54,640 nt of DNA. Origin: an uncultured Methanosarcinales archaeon (GTDB lineage: Archaea > Nanobdellota > Nanobdellia > Woesearchaeales > DATDXC01). Positions 9,208 through 18,635 of this stretch are shown piece after piece. The notes beneath the pieces were generated by a model that did not search any database, was not told the DNA's origin, and worked only from the letters and a program-made list of their open reading frames with translations. The stretch is from positions 1 to 54,640 of the forward strand of contig CAZDZV010000011.1 of NCBI GenBank assembly GCA_964510025.1, written 5' to 3'. The position numbers and the translations under genes were made by a program. Each line of letters begins with the position of its first letter. Position 1 is the first letter of the stretch.

Positions 9208-10179
9208 ATGATTTCTCTTGGCATAGAATCCACAGCCCACACATTTGGTGTAGGGATAATCGATGATAAGAAAAATATCCTGGCGAATGTCAGGGACAGC
9301 TATACCACTGACCAGGGCGGAATACATCCGACAGAAGCCAAAGGGCACCATCTTAAGGTGAAAGATAGGGTTGTTCAGGAAGCCCTTGAACAAGCCAGGC
9401 TTGAGATGGAAGGCATCAGCCTAATATCCTTTTCCCATGGCCCGGGATTGCCTCCCTGCCTGGTTGTAGGGATGGAAAAGGCAAAAGAACTGGCTAAAAG
9501 ATACAACAAGCCTGTGGTTGGCGTAAACCACTGTATAGCTCATCTTGAGATAGGCAAGGCATTGACAGCTGCAGAAGACCCTGTACTGCTTTATGTCTCA
9601 GGAGCAAACACCCAGATCATAGCATTTGACGCCGGAAAATACCGGATTTTCGGCGAAACTCTGGACAATGGCGTCGGGAATTTTTTGGACGGCCTGGCCA
9701 GGCACTTCGGTCTTGGTTTCCCTGGCGGGCCCAAGATAGCTGCCCTGGCTGAAAAGGGAAGCAGCTACATCCCTCTTCCATATGTTGTAAAGGGGATGGA
9801 TGTCAGCTTCGGAGGCATACAGACAAACCTGAAGCAGAAGTTCGATTCAGGAAGCTATAAGAAAGAGGATCTTGCATATTCCTGCCAGGAGACAGTGTTT
9901 GCGATGCTGATAGAGGCATCAGAAAGGGCAATGGCCCATTGTGAAAAATCTGAGCTCCTCTTGGGAGGAGGCGTCGCATGCAACAGCCGCCTCCAGGAGA
10001 TGGCATTGACCATGTGCAAAGAAAGGGGTGCAAGATGCTATATACCTCCCGGAGGGGTATTGACAGACAACGGCCTCATGATTGCATGGCAGGGCATCCT
10101 GCAGCAGGACAGTCGTCAAGAGAACATAGATATAAGACCTTATGAGAGGACAGATGACGTGGATGTAAGCTGGAACTAG
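9208..10179 (+). CDS. kae1: tRNA t6A synthesis protein Kae1/TsaD
   Basis: LGIESTAHT, VNHCIAHLE, VSGANTQ, GETLD, GGGVACN, DNGLMIAW. Confidence 0.96.
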   Translation: MISLGIESTAHTFGVGIIDDKKNILANVRDSYTTDQGGIHPTEAKGHHLKVKDRVVQEALEQARLEMEGISLISFSHGPGLPPCLVVGMEKAKELAKRYNKPVVGVNHCIAHLEIGKALTAAEDPVLLYVSGANTQIIAFDAGKYRIFGETLDNGVGNFLDGLARHFGLGFPGGPKIAALAEKGSSYIPLPYVVKGMDVSFGGIQTNLKQKFDSGSYKKEDLAYSCQETVFAMLIEASERAMAHCEKSELLLGGGVACNSRLQEMALTMCKERGARCYIPPGGVLTDNGLMIAWQGILQQDSRQENIDIRPYERTDDVDVSWN

Positions 10180-10433
10180 CCTTGTTTCTTGACTTCTTCT
10201 ATCTTCTTTTCCATATCAGGGGGCAGTCCCGCAAATATCGCTCCGCATTCCTGGCAGATCGTGTTGCCTGTCATCTTGCTTATTACTATATTTGTGCTGC
10301 CGCATTCAGGGCATTCGGTTATTGTGCTTTTCTTCTTGCTTTTTACACTGCCGGTTTTCTTACGAGTTGATTTTCTCTTTTTGCTCCTGGACCTAGGCTT
10401 CTTTCCCAGCCTGAATATGTCTTTTAATCTCAT
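10176..10433 (-). CDS. Small TFIIB-type Zn-ribbon protein with basic N-terminus
   Basis: CPECGS...ICQECG; Lys/Arg-rich N-terminus. Confidence 0.75.
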   Translation of the reverse strand: MRLKDIFRLGKKPRSRSKKRKSTRKKTGSVKSKKKSTITECPECGSTNIVISKMTGNTICQECGAIFAGLPPDMEKKIEEVKKQG

Positions 10434-10557
10434 CAGACGAGAGTTTTTCAGGCTGATATTAAAAGCTTTCGTTGAAAATAACAACATTTATAAACCGGCA
10501 TAAATTCCCATGAACAGCGTTACATTGTAGCGTTTCTAATGCCGCAAGGTGTGAAAG

Positions 10558-11037
10558 ATGTATGATGTTGACACAACTGAGCTAGTGAAAAAGACAGCTG
10601 AAGAGCTGAAGAAAGTAGAGGAGATCAAGCCAGCCCCATGGGCTTCCCTGGTAAAGACCGGTACCCACAAGGAAAGGCCGCCTGCTGAAAAAGACTGGTG
10701 GTACAAGAGAGCAGCATCTATACTTAGATGGGTGTCGATGAGGGGTCCGATAGGGGTGCAGAAGCTCAGGATCAAGTATGGCGGCAGAAAGAACAGGGGC
10801 GTAAAAGCTGAAAGATTCTACATGGCTTCCGGCAACATAATAAGGAAGATCCTTCAGCAGCTTGAAAAAGCAGAACTTATAAAAAAAGGCGAGGTCGGCG
10901 TCCATAAAGGTCGAATGATATCTTCTAAGGGAATACTGTTTTTGAATAATGTTGCAAAGTCACTGAAACCTGCTGAGAAGAAACCTGCTGAGAAGAAAGC
11001 TGAAGAAGAGCCGCCTGCCAAAATAAAAAATGGATGA
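10558..11037 (+). CDS. rps19e: 30S ribosomal protein S19e
   Basis: VKTGTHKERPP, WWYKRAASILR, YGGRKNRG, SGNIIRKILQQLE. Confidence 0.97.
   Translation: MYDVDTTELVKKTAEELKKVEEIKPAPWASLVKTGTHKERPPAEKDWWYKRAASILRWVSMRGPIGVQKLRIKYGGRKNRGVKAERFYMASGNIIRKILQQLEKAELIKKGEVGVHKGRMISSKGILFLNNVAKSLKPAEKKPAEKKAEEEPPAKIKNG
10966..10995 (+). repeat. 15-nt tandem duplication coding KPAEK twice in the S19e tail
   Basis: AAACCTGCTGAGAAG repeated twice. Confidence 0.7.
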
Positions 11038-11347
11038 GCTTGAGGAACTTAAAAGAAAAAAGCTAGAACAACTTAAGAGGCAGCAGGAGGATCAGCAGGA
11101 GGAGCAGGCCCAGTTGGAAGGTCAGCTGCAGCAGCTGGAGTCGATGGTCAAGCAGCTGTTTACAAAGGATGCGCTGTTGAGATACGGCAACATAAAGGCA
11201 GCACATCCGGAAAAAGCAACACAGCTCGTCGTTGTGTTGGGCCAGCTGATGCAGAGCGGCAAGGTGAAGAAGATAAATGATGAGCAGCTCAAGCAGATAT
11301 TGAAGCAGCTCTCCCAAAAATCAGATTTCAATATTAAGAGAAAATAA
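11030..11347 (+). CDS. PDCD5/TFAR19-family DNA-binding protein
   Basis: MDELEELKRKKLEQL...KINDEQLKQIL...FNIKRK; usual position after rps19e. Confidence 0.9.
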   Translation: MDELEELKRKKLEQLKRQQEDQQEEQAQLEGQLQQLESMVKQLFTKDALLRYGNIKAAHPEKATQLVVVLGQLMQSGKVKKINDEQLKQILKQLSQKSDFNIKRK

Positions 11348-11348
11348 G

Positions 11349-11522
11349 ATGGCAAGGTTCAAGCATCCAAGCAAGAAGAAAAGGCTTTCCAAGCTTAATT
11401 CCCAGACCAGATGGGCGCCATTTTGGACTGTGTTCAAGAAATACGGAAAAGGGAGGAAGGTGCATCCCGGCAGGCATACCTCTGTCAAAAGAAGCTGGAA
11501 AAGGACTAAGACAAAGGCTTAA
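11349..11522 (+). CDS. rpl39e: 50S ribosomal protein L39e
   Basis: MARFKHPSKKKRLSKLNSQTRWAPFW...KRSWKRTK; not in the ORF track; directly upstream of rpl31e. Confidence 0.9.
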   Translation: MARFKHPSKKKRLSKLNSQTRWAPFWTVFKKYGKGRKVHPGRHTSVKRSWKRTKTKA

Positions 11523-11524
11523 AA

Positions 11525-12046
11525 ATGGCAAAGAAACAAGAAAAAAAGACAGTCCTTGAAAGAACCTACAATGTTCCGCTTAGGAAGGAGTTTCTGAAGG
11601 CACCTAGATGGAAAAGGACACCCAAGGCTGCCAAAGCGCTGAAGATGTTCATATCAAGGCATATGAAATCAGAAAACGTGAAGATTGGCAAATATGCCAA
11701 TATGGAGCTTTGGAAGCACGGCATGAAGAATCCGCCTCATCACATCAAGGTTGAGGCTGTGAAAGATGAAGATGGCCTTGTTAGGGTGGAGCTGGTCGGA
11801 GCGCCAAAAGAAAAGCCAGAGCTCAAGCCAGCAAAGAAGGGCAAATCAGCCCCAAAACCTGAAGCAAAGCCAGAGGAAAAGCCCAAAGACGTGAAGTCAG
11901 CTGATGAAGAAAAAAAAGGCACTAAATCAGCGAAGACTACAGATATGAAAGAGATAGAGCAGCCTGAAAAACAGCCTGCAAAAAAGACAGTGAAGAAAAA
12001 TACCGCAAAGCCTGCTAAGAACGTCAAGCAGACCAAAAAGAAATAG
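11525..12046 (+). CDS. rpl31e: 50S ribosomal protein L31e with long K/E/P-rich tail
   Basis: ERTYNVPLR, PRWKRTPKA, FISRHMK, NPPHHIKV. Confidence 0.95.
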   Translation: MAKKQEKKTVLERTYNVPLRKEFLKAPRWKRTPKAAKALKMFISRHMKSENVKIGKYANMELWKHGMKNPPHHIKVEAVKDEDGLVRVELVGAPKEKPELKPAKKGKSAPKPEAKPEEKPKDVKSADEEKKGTKSAKTTDMKEIEQPEKQPAKKTVKKNTAKPAKNVKQTKKK

Positions 12047-12922
12047 TCAGATTCTTTCTGCGATTATATTGTCATCGTCAAGATAGCAGATTCGCGCATC
12101 CACTAGCTCTCCCACAGCATCGTTGGCGCCTCTTACAACTACTCCCATGTAGCGCCCCCTGTTAGGTTGCAGCACGAATCCCTTTCCTCCCTCCTCTCTT
12201 TTCAGCATCTCTGTGCCCACCACAGGCAAATCTCTGATCCTGCGACCTACAGAATAATCCTCCACCTCAGTCTGGATAGCCCTTCCCTCAGCCCAAGCCA
12301 TGTCGCTTTCTTTTATCGTCAATACAGTTTCCAAAAAGCAGGCACCTGCACTAGGGGAACTGCTGATGAATCTGCTTATCCTTCTTGTTCCTGGCTGCAG
12401 CTCCAGTCCTTTCAATATACTGTTTCTTTCCATGCCTTGGTGATCTGAAGCCGGCCTGATCTCCAAATATCCAAAGACCACTGATCCATCCTTATAGAGC
12501 ATCATTGTCGGATCACCCCTGGCGCCGTATCCCACACAAAGAGAGCTGAACACATTTGGTCCTCGCAGGACAGCATCCTCCAGGCTGAAATCAGCTAGAA
12601 TATCAAGTCCTACAGGGGTCCTGTCCGTAGCCAAGGCAAAGTAAGGTCCCCTATAGTTTCGATCCTTTGGAAAAGCAACAACCATGACATTGCATTCATC
12701 ACCTCTTCTGCCAGACTCTATCAGCCTGGTCCTTATCCTGTCAGATTCTGCACCAAGAGGATCGTCAAGCCTGCTCTTGACTATAAATCCATAATATGAA
12801 GCGTCGGCAAATGGATTTACTATCCTTATGCTGGGGTCATATCTGCCATCTGCAGCTTTCCTGTTGCCAAAACCGTCCAAACTGGCATGGTAGACCATTC
12901 CCTTCACCAAAGGAGCAAACAT
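12047..12922 (-). CDS. Hypothetical protein with tandem TRAM/OB-like domains
   Basis: C-terminal GVVVRGANDAVGELVDARICYLDDDNIIAERI is TRAM-like; weaker similar units upstream. Confidence 0.55.
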   Translation of the reverse strand: MFAPLVKGMVYHASLDGFGNRKAADGRYDPSIRIVNPFADASYYGFIVKSRLDDPLGAESDRIRTRLIESGRRGDECNVMVVAFPKDRNYRGPYFALATDRTPVGLDILADFSLEDAVLRGPNVFSSLCVGYGARGDPTMMLYKDGSVVFGYLEIRPASDHQGMERNSILKGLELQPGTRRISRFISSSPSAGACFLETVLTIKESDMAWAEGRAIQTEVEDYSVGRRIRDLPVVGTEMLKREEGGKGFVLQPNRGRYMGVVVRGANDAVGELVDARICYLDDDNIIAERI

Positions 12923-12996
12923 GCTGTCCGGTAGTGTGAAATATTTTATAAAATTAACCAATAACTTTAATAATAAAATATCTATATCTGCTGAAT

Positions 12997-13944
12997 ATGC
13001 TGCCGTTCGAAAAGCTTGAAACAAAGATCCTGGTCAAAAAAGATACCACCTCATCTTATGGCACAGATCCTGGAGAGCGTGATACCTCATCAATAATAGA
13101 CTACGGTGTGGTGAACATAGACAAGCCGCAGGGCCCAACATCGCATCAGGTATGTGATTATGTGAAAAGGATAGTCAAGATTAAAAAAGCAGGGCATTCA
13201 GGTACCCTCGACCCAAACGTGACCGGCGTGCTTCCTGTGGCACTGGGCAGGGCAACGAGGATCGTGCAGGCGCTGCTTCCGGCCGGGAAAGAGTACATCG
13301 CGCTGATGCACCTCCACCAAAAGGTAGAAAAGAAAAAGCTGCAAAAAATATTGAAGGAATTTACAGGAAAGATAAGGCAGAAACCCCCTGTAAAAAGCTC
13401 TGTGCGTAGGATCGAAAGGATCAGGAATATATATTATCTGGATGTTCTGGAGGCTGAGGAGCAGGATATCCTTTTCAGGGTCGGCTGCCAGGCCGGCACA
13501 TACATCAGAAAGCTCTGCCATGATATCGGTAAAAAGCTGAAGACAGGAGCCCATATGCAGCAGCTCAGGCGCACAAAAGCAGGGCCTTTTGATGAATCAA
13601 CGCTGTTTACGCTGCAGGATCTTGCAGACGCTTTCTATTTCTATGAGAATGGCAACGACAAGTTCATCAGAAAGGTTATCCAGCCTGTGGAGAATGCAGT
13701 GGCGCATCTTCCAAAGATATGGGTGATGGACAATGCCATAGGGTCTTTGCAGCACGGCATAGACCTGAAGATACCAGGCATATCAAAGCTTCATGACAGC
13801 ATCCAAAAAGAAGCATTGACAGCAGTGATGACAATGAAGGGTGAGCTGATAGCGATAGGCAATGCAAAGATGGCATCAAAAGAGATGATGGAAAAGGATA
13901 AAGGTGTGGCTGTGGATATCCACAAGGTCTTTATGACCTGTTGA
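12997..13944 (+). CDS. cbf5: H/ACA and tRNA pseudouridine synthase Cbf5 (TruB family, PUA domain)
   Basis: IDKPQGPTSH, GHSGTLDPNVTG, GTYIRKLCHDIG. Confidence 0.96.
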   Translation: MLPFEKLETKILVKKDTTSSYGTDPGERDTSSIIDYGVVNIDKPQGPTSHQVCDYVKRIVKIKKAGHSGTLDPNVTGVLPVALGRATRIVQALLPAGKEYIALMHLHQKVEKKKLQKILKEFTGKIRQKPPVKSSVRRIERIRNIYYLDVLEAEEQDILFRVGCQAGTYIRKLCHDIGKKLKTGAHMQQLRRTKAGPFDESTLFTLQDLADAFYFYENGNDKFIRKVIQPVENAVAHLPKIWVMDNAIGSLQHGIDLKIPGISKLHDSIQKEALTAVMTMKGELIAIGNAKMASKEMMEKDKGVAVDIHKVFMTC

Positions 13945-14212
13945 TCGTCTCCTGCTGTATCCTTTTTGATTCGTTGAAGACGCTCAGGAAAATCTCTTCC
14001 ACGAAACTTTCGTCCAGGTTATGCTCCTTGGCGATCTTTTTCAGATTTTTCATTATCTCGACTTCTCTTTTCTCGTCGAAGATAGCTATATCGTTCTCCT
14101 TCTTATAAAGGCCGATATCAGGCATCAAGGACATCCTTTCAGCTAATGCGGTTATAAGGACAGTATCAATACGGTTGATATGTTTTCTTACTTCATCCAA
14201 GCTTTGTATCAT
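13931..14212 (-). CDS. Chorismate mutase (AroQ type)
   Basis: LDEVRKHINRID...LAERM...IGLYKK...FDEKRE...ESKRIQ. Confidence 0.88.
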   Translation of the reverse strand: MIQSLDEVRKHINRIDTVLITALAERMSLMPDIGLYKKENDIAIFDEKREVEIMKNLKKIAKEHNLDESFVEEIFLSVFNESKRIQQETINRS

Positions 14213-14269
14213 TTTATCACCCGGTTTTGAAAGGTCGCATTTACTATTTAAATGTTTTTAATCCGCCCT

Positions 14270-14359
14270 GAGCTCTCTGTCATGGGCATCAAAGCAGGGG
14301 CTTCGCCCGATACACTATGTGTCAAATAATACCCTTTTGCTCAATGGCATGAAGTGCTC
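14270..14359. ncRNA. Candidate structured RNA
   Basis: Nested pairings GAGC/GCTC, TCATG/CATGA, CAT..AGCA/TGCT..ATG closing a junction with hairpins GGGCTTCGCCC and ACAC-TAT-GTGT. Confidence 0.4.
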
Positions 14360-14361
14360 TG

Positions 14362-14649
14362 TTAATCAACAGTAAACAGCTTACTGTCATGCACATCAAA
14401 TAACCCTATTCTGGCGCCGCAGTCTAGCCAGCCATGGGCGTAGTTTAATGCGGCGAAGGCATCCACAAAATCATCCTTCTTATAGAAATGCTCAGCATCA
14501 GAGACATATCTCCTGATCATGTCAAGACAGTCCTCTCTTTCTCTTCTAAGCTTGAGCCTGCTGCCGCTCTTCTCTGCCTTTTCCAGCGCTTTTCTTGTCA
14601 CTGAAAAATATTTTTTTAATTTTTCCTCTGATATCTCTTTCATATCCAT
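14362..14649 (-). CDS. DUF357 family protein
   Basis: RYVSDAEHF...AFAALNYAHGWLDCGARIGLF. Confidence 0.9.
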   Translation of the reverse strand: MDMKEISEEKLKKYFSVTRKALEKAEKSGSRLKLRREREDCLDMIRRYVSDAEHFYKKDDFVDAFAALNYAHGWLDCGARIGLFDVHDSKLFTVD

Positions 14650-14828
14650 GGAAAAAATAATTTCTTTTATAAAACTATCTCACTAGTGAACACTATATTC
14701 TATTGTGATTAATTATAAATAGTAAGCAGTAATTATCACGGATATCTCCAGAATATTTAGTTGTTATTTAAAAGTGGTTAATGTATCGAAAAATTTAAAT
14801 AGCCCAGAATAACATCATCCATTATAAA

Positions 14829-15953
14829 ATGGTCACCCAAAGCCCAGACGTTGATGCAATCCATACTGCTTTAAGAGATGTTACAGGGCCGCTGGAAGAG
14901 CGGTTCATGGGTGTTCTTTTTGATACGCGTGAGCAGGCAGGAACCAGAAGAATGGGGCATGAAAGTCTGGCTGATAGGCTTCTGGCCGAAACACTCCAAC
15001 AGGTGGTTAATGATGCTTTGGCTCCTTGGGTGGATATTGAGTGGGAGATACAGCACGTTGAGGAATCTGCTTTAAGATCAAGGCGAGTTGCCGGCGGCGA
15101 AGAAAGGGAGTTTGCTTATCCAATTGTCAGAGGCCATGGATACCCCTTGCCAGGTCACGGCAACACGACCAGGGCACTTGATCCGATAAAAGCAAGATAC
15201 AAGCTTTGGGCCGAAGTGCCTCCTGAAGTTAAGGGCAGGATATCGAGAAATGCCGCTATGCTGCTCAGCCTTAATTATCCTGACAGCGACAGCTCAATGG
15301 TAAGTGTTTTGAAGCTGCATTCGGGGGAAATACTAAGTGCAGTAAGAAGAAGGCCAAATGAGCACAGCGACGGTTTTAGGGGGGGAAAAGAGCTGGTGCC
15401 GTTGAGGCCTGAGGAATACAGGATAGATCCCTACAAGGCTATCCGGATTATCAATCCCAACTACTTAGGTTCCTTGGCCAATGAAAGACATCTGGGCGAG
15501 TTTCGTCATCGAATTCGATCCTATTGCCAGATGTTCGGCCCGCAGGGCTTTGATGTGAGTTTTGATGGAGCTGAATGGAACACAGCATGCGATATAGGGG
15601 CAGCAATCATTGTACGTCATCAGGCTGTAGGATATGTGGATGTTCGTAGCCTTACTCCGAATATCAACCCCGAAAGGGACGCAAGGCTAATCATTTCAGA
15701 TATCAGGGTTCCAGCACATATTATTGAGACCGTTAATTATCATGTAGGCACAACCGAAGAAGCTCCTTTAGATAGGTTTCACGACATGTCAAACCTGTCC
15801 GAACCGCTGGATGCTATGTTTTTGGCGCCCGACCTTATTAATGGAGCATTAGGATTTGACTTCAGGGAAGCTGTTTTGGATGGTAGGGTGGCATATCTGA
15901 GGAAATTTTACGAATTTGAAGGCGTGCCAGGAATCCTAAACAGATACAACTGA
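14829..15953 (+). CDS. Divergent inositol-monophosphatase/FBPase-fold protein with altered catalytic motif
   Basis: SLADRLLAE, VEES, ALDPIKAR (for IDPIDGS), SGEILSA..GFRGGKEL, GYVDVR, ISDIR occur in the same order as in archaeal IMPase/FBPase. Confidence 0.7.
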   Translation: MVTQSPDVDAIHTALRDVTGPLEERFMGVLFDTREQAGTRRMGHESLADRLLAETLQQVVNDALAPWVDIEWEIQHVEESALRSRRVAGGEEREFAYPIVRGHGYPLPGHGNTTRALDPIKARYKLWAEVPPEVKGRISRNAAMLLSLNYPDSDSSMVSVLKLHSGEILSAVRRRPNEHSDGFRGGKELVPLRPEEYRIDPYKAIRIINPNYLGSLANERHLGEFRHRIRSYCQMFGPQGFDVSFDGAEWNTACDIGAAIIVRHQAVGYVDVRSLTPNINPERDARLIISDIRVPAHIIETVNYHVGTTEEAPLDRFHDMSNLSEPLDAMFLAPDLINGALGFDFREAVLDGRVAYLRKFYEFEGVPGILNRYN

Positions 15954-17776
15954 ATGATGGATGTTACATTTTTTCAAAAGCAGAAGACGGAACCGAGATA
16001 CAGATTGATGATCCAGGAGCAGTTAGTGTTGCGCAGACAGAAAGGTTTGAAGAGCTTTGTACTCTAGGCGCTCGTTTTTTAGGCCAAAAAAATTATCAAT
16101 CTGCTTTAGAACCTCTAATAAAAGCAAGAGATTTAGTGGAAGCGGCCATCAACGCTGAATCCACTGCTTCGGATTCTATGAGAAATGACTATCAAAGGAT
16201 TATACAACTTAGGAAGTTTGCAGCAGCTGTCTACGGAAACCTCGCCTATGCTTATCTTGGATTGGGCCTGGAAAGGAAGGCTGGCCCGAAAAAAGGTGAC
16301 GAAGAGCCCTCAGAATTGGAAGACCTAATAGAGTCAAAGCACTTTGCAGATATGGCTGTTATGCACAATCCCCATGATGTGAATCTTCTTCATTTTTTAG
16401 GCAATCTGCATGAAAAATACGGTGAACAGCTTCTCGATACAGATAGGGGAGGAGCCTTAAGAAGAGCCAGAATATATTATCGATATGCCATGGAGCAGCT
16501 CAAGGATGATCTTGATGGAAAGCAGAAACATGAAAATGCCATCCAGCAGGAGACCATACTAAGGGATCTGGTTGCAGTTCTGCAAGAGCTTGTGCAACAT
16601 TATGGGGGCAACGCTCGGCAGGTTTTAGAGCAGGAGCTGAAGCAGGCCCAACAACATAGACGATCACTACATATAGAGCCGTTACAGACTCTAGAGAGAT
16701 TGGCCCGAGAAACAGGTAAGGATTTTGCAGCGATAAGAGCAGGATTGCATGAGTTTGATGTTTCCCCGCACGTAAGAGAAGGTTGGATAGAAGCTGCCTG
16801 CAAGGTTCTGGAGGACAGGATTGGATTTCCAGCTCTGCAAGAGATCTCCGAGCGAGCTATAGTCATTTGGGCGACAACGCAGACCCAAAATTATATACTG
16901 GAGCAAGTTATAGGTGAAGGTGCGTACGGTGTAGTATTCAAGGGCGTTAATAGCGAGGTAAGGGATACAGAAAGGGCAATCAAGATACTGGATGCATTGC
17001 AGAGGACAAGAAGATACATCGAAGAGGGCGGAACAGATCAAAGGCACCTGGCCATCCAGGAATATCGAAAAGCTCAGCTAACCTGGAAGAATTTTGATGC
17101 CGCAAAACAATATATTGTGGAGGTTGTAGACATATACTCTTGTGGGGACACTAGCAGACCGGTTATTGTACTGGAAATAATGGACGGTGATTTTGGCCAG
17201 TACCAGGCCACATGGGGGAAGCCAGCAGAACGGCTGGATCCTGCCAAGCATTTTACGCTGAATATTGCAGAGGCATTGAACTGCCTGCACAATCTAAGGG
17301 ACCCCTTATACCATAGGGACTTATCTCCGGGAAATATATTATTCTTAAAAAGGGGAGATGAAGTAACCTACAAGCTTGCAGATTTTGGACTTTCTGCAGT
17401 GGGCGCGGATGAGTCGCCACTGGGCCCGTCGCTTGCTTCAGTTTATATAAGGCCTCCAGAAGAAAAAGCTACTAATGTAGCAAGGGACCTTTATGCAGCA
17501 GGATGCAATATAGTCCTTGCGTATACTGGTATGCAACCCTTCACACAAGGCCACGACCGGCCCGAGGATTCCGACGACCCTACTGCCAGAAACCGATTTG
17601 AAGAAGATGTGTGGAGGGCAAAAATGGAAAGAGAAGGACTGGATCAGCTATGCGGGCATCTTCCACCAGGTTTAGCCGATATCGCGCTAGATCTGCTTAA
17701 TCCAGATATGAAAGCCAGAACGATAACGACTGCAGAAACGCTTCTTGGCAGGCTGCGGACAGTTTATAGCGGCTAA
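15954..17776 (+). CDS. TPR-like + Hanks-type Ser/Thr protein kinase; N-terminus frameshifted at T6 run 15969-15974 (in-frame GTG at 16136)
   Basis: IGEGAYGVVF, AIKIL, HRDLSPGNIL, DFG, RPPE, RDLY; TPR-like helices in the N-terminal half. Confidence 0.88.
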
Positions 17777-17777
17777 A

Positions 17778-18635
17778 ATGATAGATTTAGATCTTCTTGC
17801 GACATTTTTTCTAGGTGTTACGAGGCATATCGGTGATAATATTTTGGTTCCGAACCAGGATATGGTTGCTATAGCTTTGGATCGTTCTAAACCTGTGCCG
17901 CCAGGTGCAGATGCTCATGCAGCTCAAGCGCACTGTGAATTAGATGATATAGCTCAGGAGTATTTTCTAAACCAGGTCATAAGGCAAATTCCTGGAGCAA
18001 GGTCCATGAGGCTTATTGTTGAGGAGGATACGCCTACAGTTGAGGCATTTGCATCTTGTTCCAATGAAGTGTTGTATGGTGATTTATTGGATGGTACTTC
18101 TAGGTACGGGTATCGTGGAAAAGATGAGGCAGAGCAGCGCAAACGTTTTGGCTGCCAGGTAAGCTATGCTGCTGATGCTCAGATGCGGGCAGCAGCTGTC
18201 TATCTCCCAAGATTGGGACTGCAATTCCATGCAGTCTACAATAGAGGAGCCTATCTCAACGGAGAACGGCTTATATTGGCCGATGCACCTGTTTCAGGCA
18301 AATTTATGGTAAATTCAAAGCTTCCGGATGAGGCTGTGCGACGCCTGGAACAAGATCAGATTGATGTGGAAAGGCCAAAATGTACTGTATATGCCGTATC
18401 GCAGCTATTGCTTGGGAAGGTGGATGCATATATATCCAAGCACACCGCTGTATGGGATATAGCTCCTTTTTCTCTCATTGTTGAGGAAGCAGGAGCGTGG
18501 CAATCACGCTGGAACCTCTCGAAACCGGACTTGAATACGAAAGACTTGGTAGAAGACCATATCATAGCCTGCAGCCGTGGATATGCTGTTGATGCACTTG
18601 TAAGAGCGGGGCTTACACATTCAGGGCCACGATGA
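17778..18635 (+). CDS. Inositol monophosphatase family protein
   Basis: VEED, DLLDGT, GAYLNGERL, WDIAPFSLIVEEAG. Confidence 0.88.
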   Translation: MIDLDLLATFFLGVTRHIGDNILVPNQDMVAIALDRSKPVPPGADAHAAQAHCELDDIAQEYFLNQVIRQIPGARSMRLIVEEDTPTVEAFASCSNEVLYGDLLDGTSRYGYRGKDEAEQRKRFGCQVSYAADAQMRAAAVYLPRLGLQFHAVYNRGAYLNGERLILADAPVSGKFMVNSKLPDEAVRRLEQDQIDVERPKCTVYAVSQLLLGKVDAYISKHTAVWDIAPFSLIVEEAGAWQSRWNLSKPDLNTKDLVEDHIIACSRGYAVDALVRAGLTHSGPR

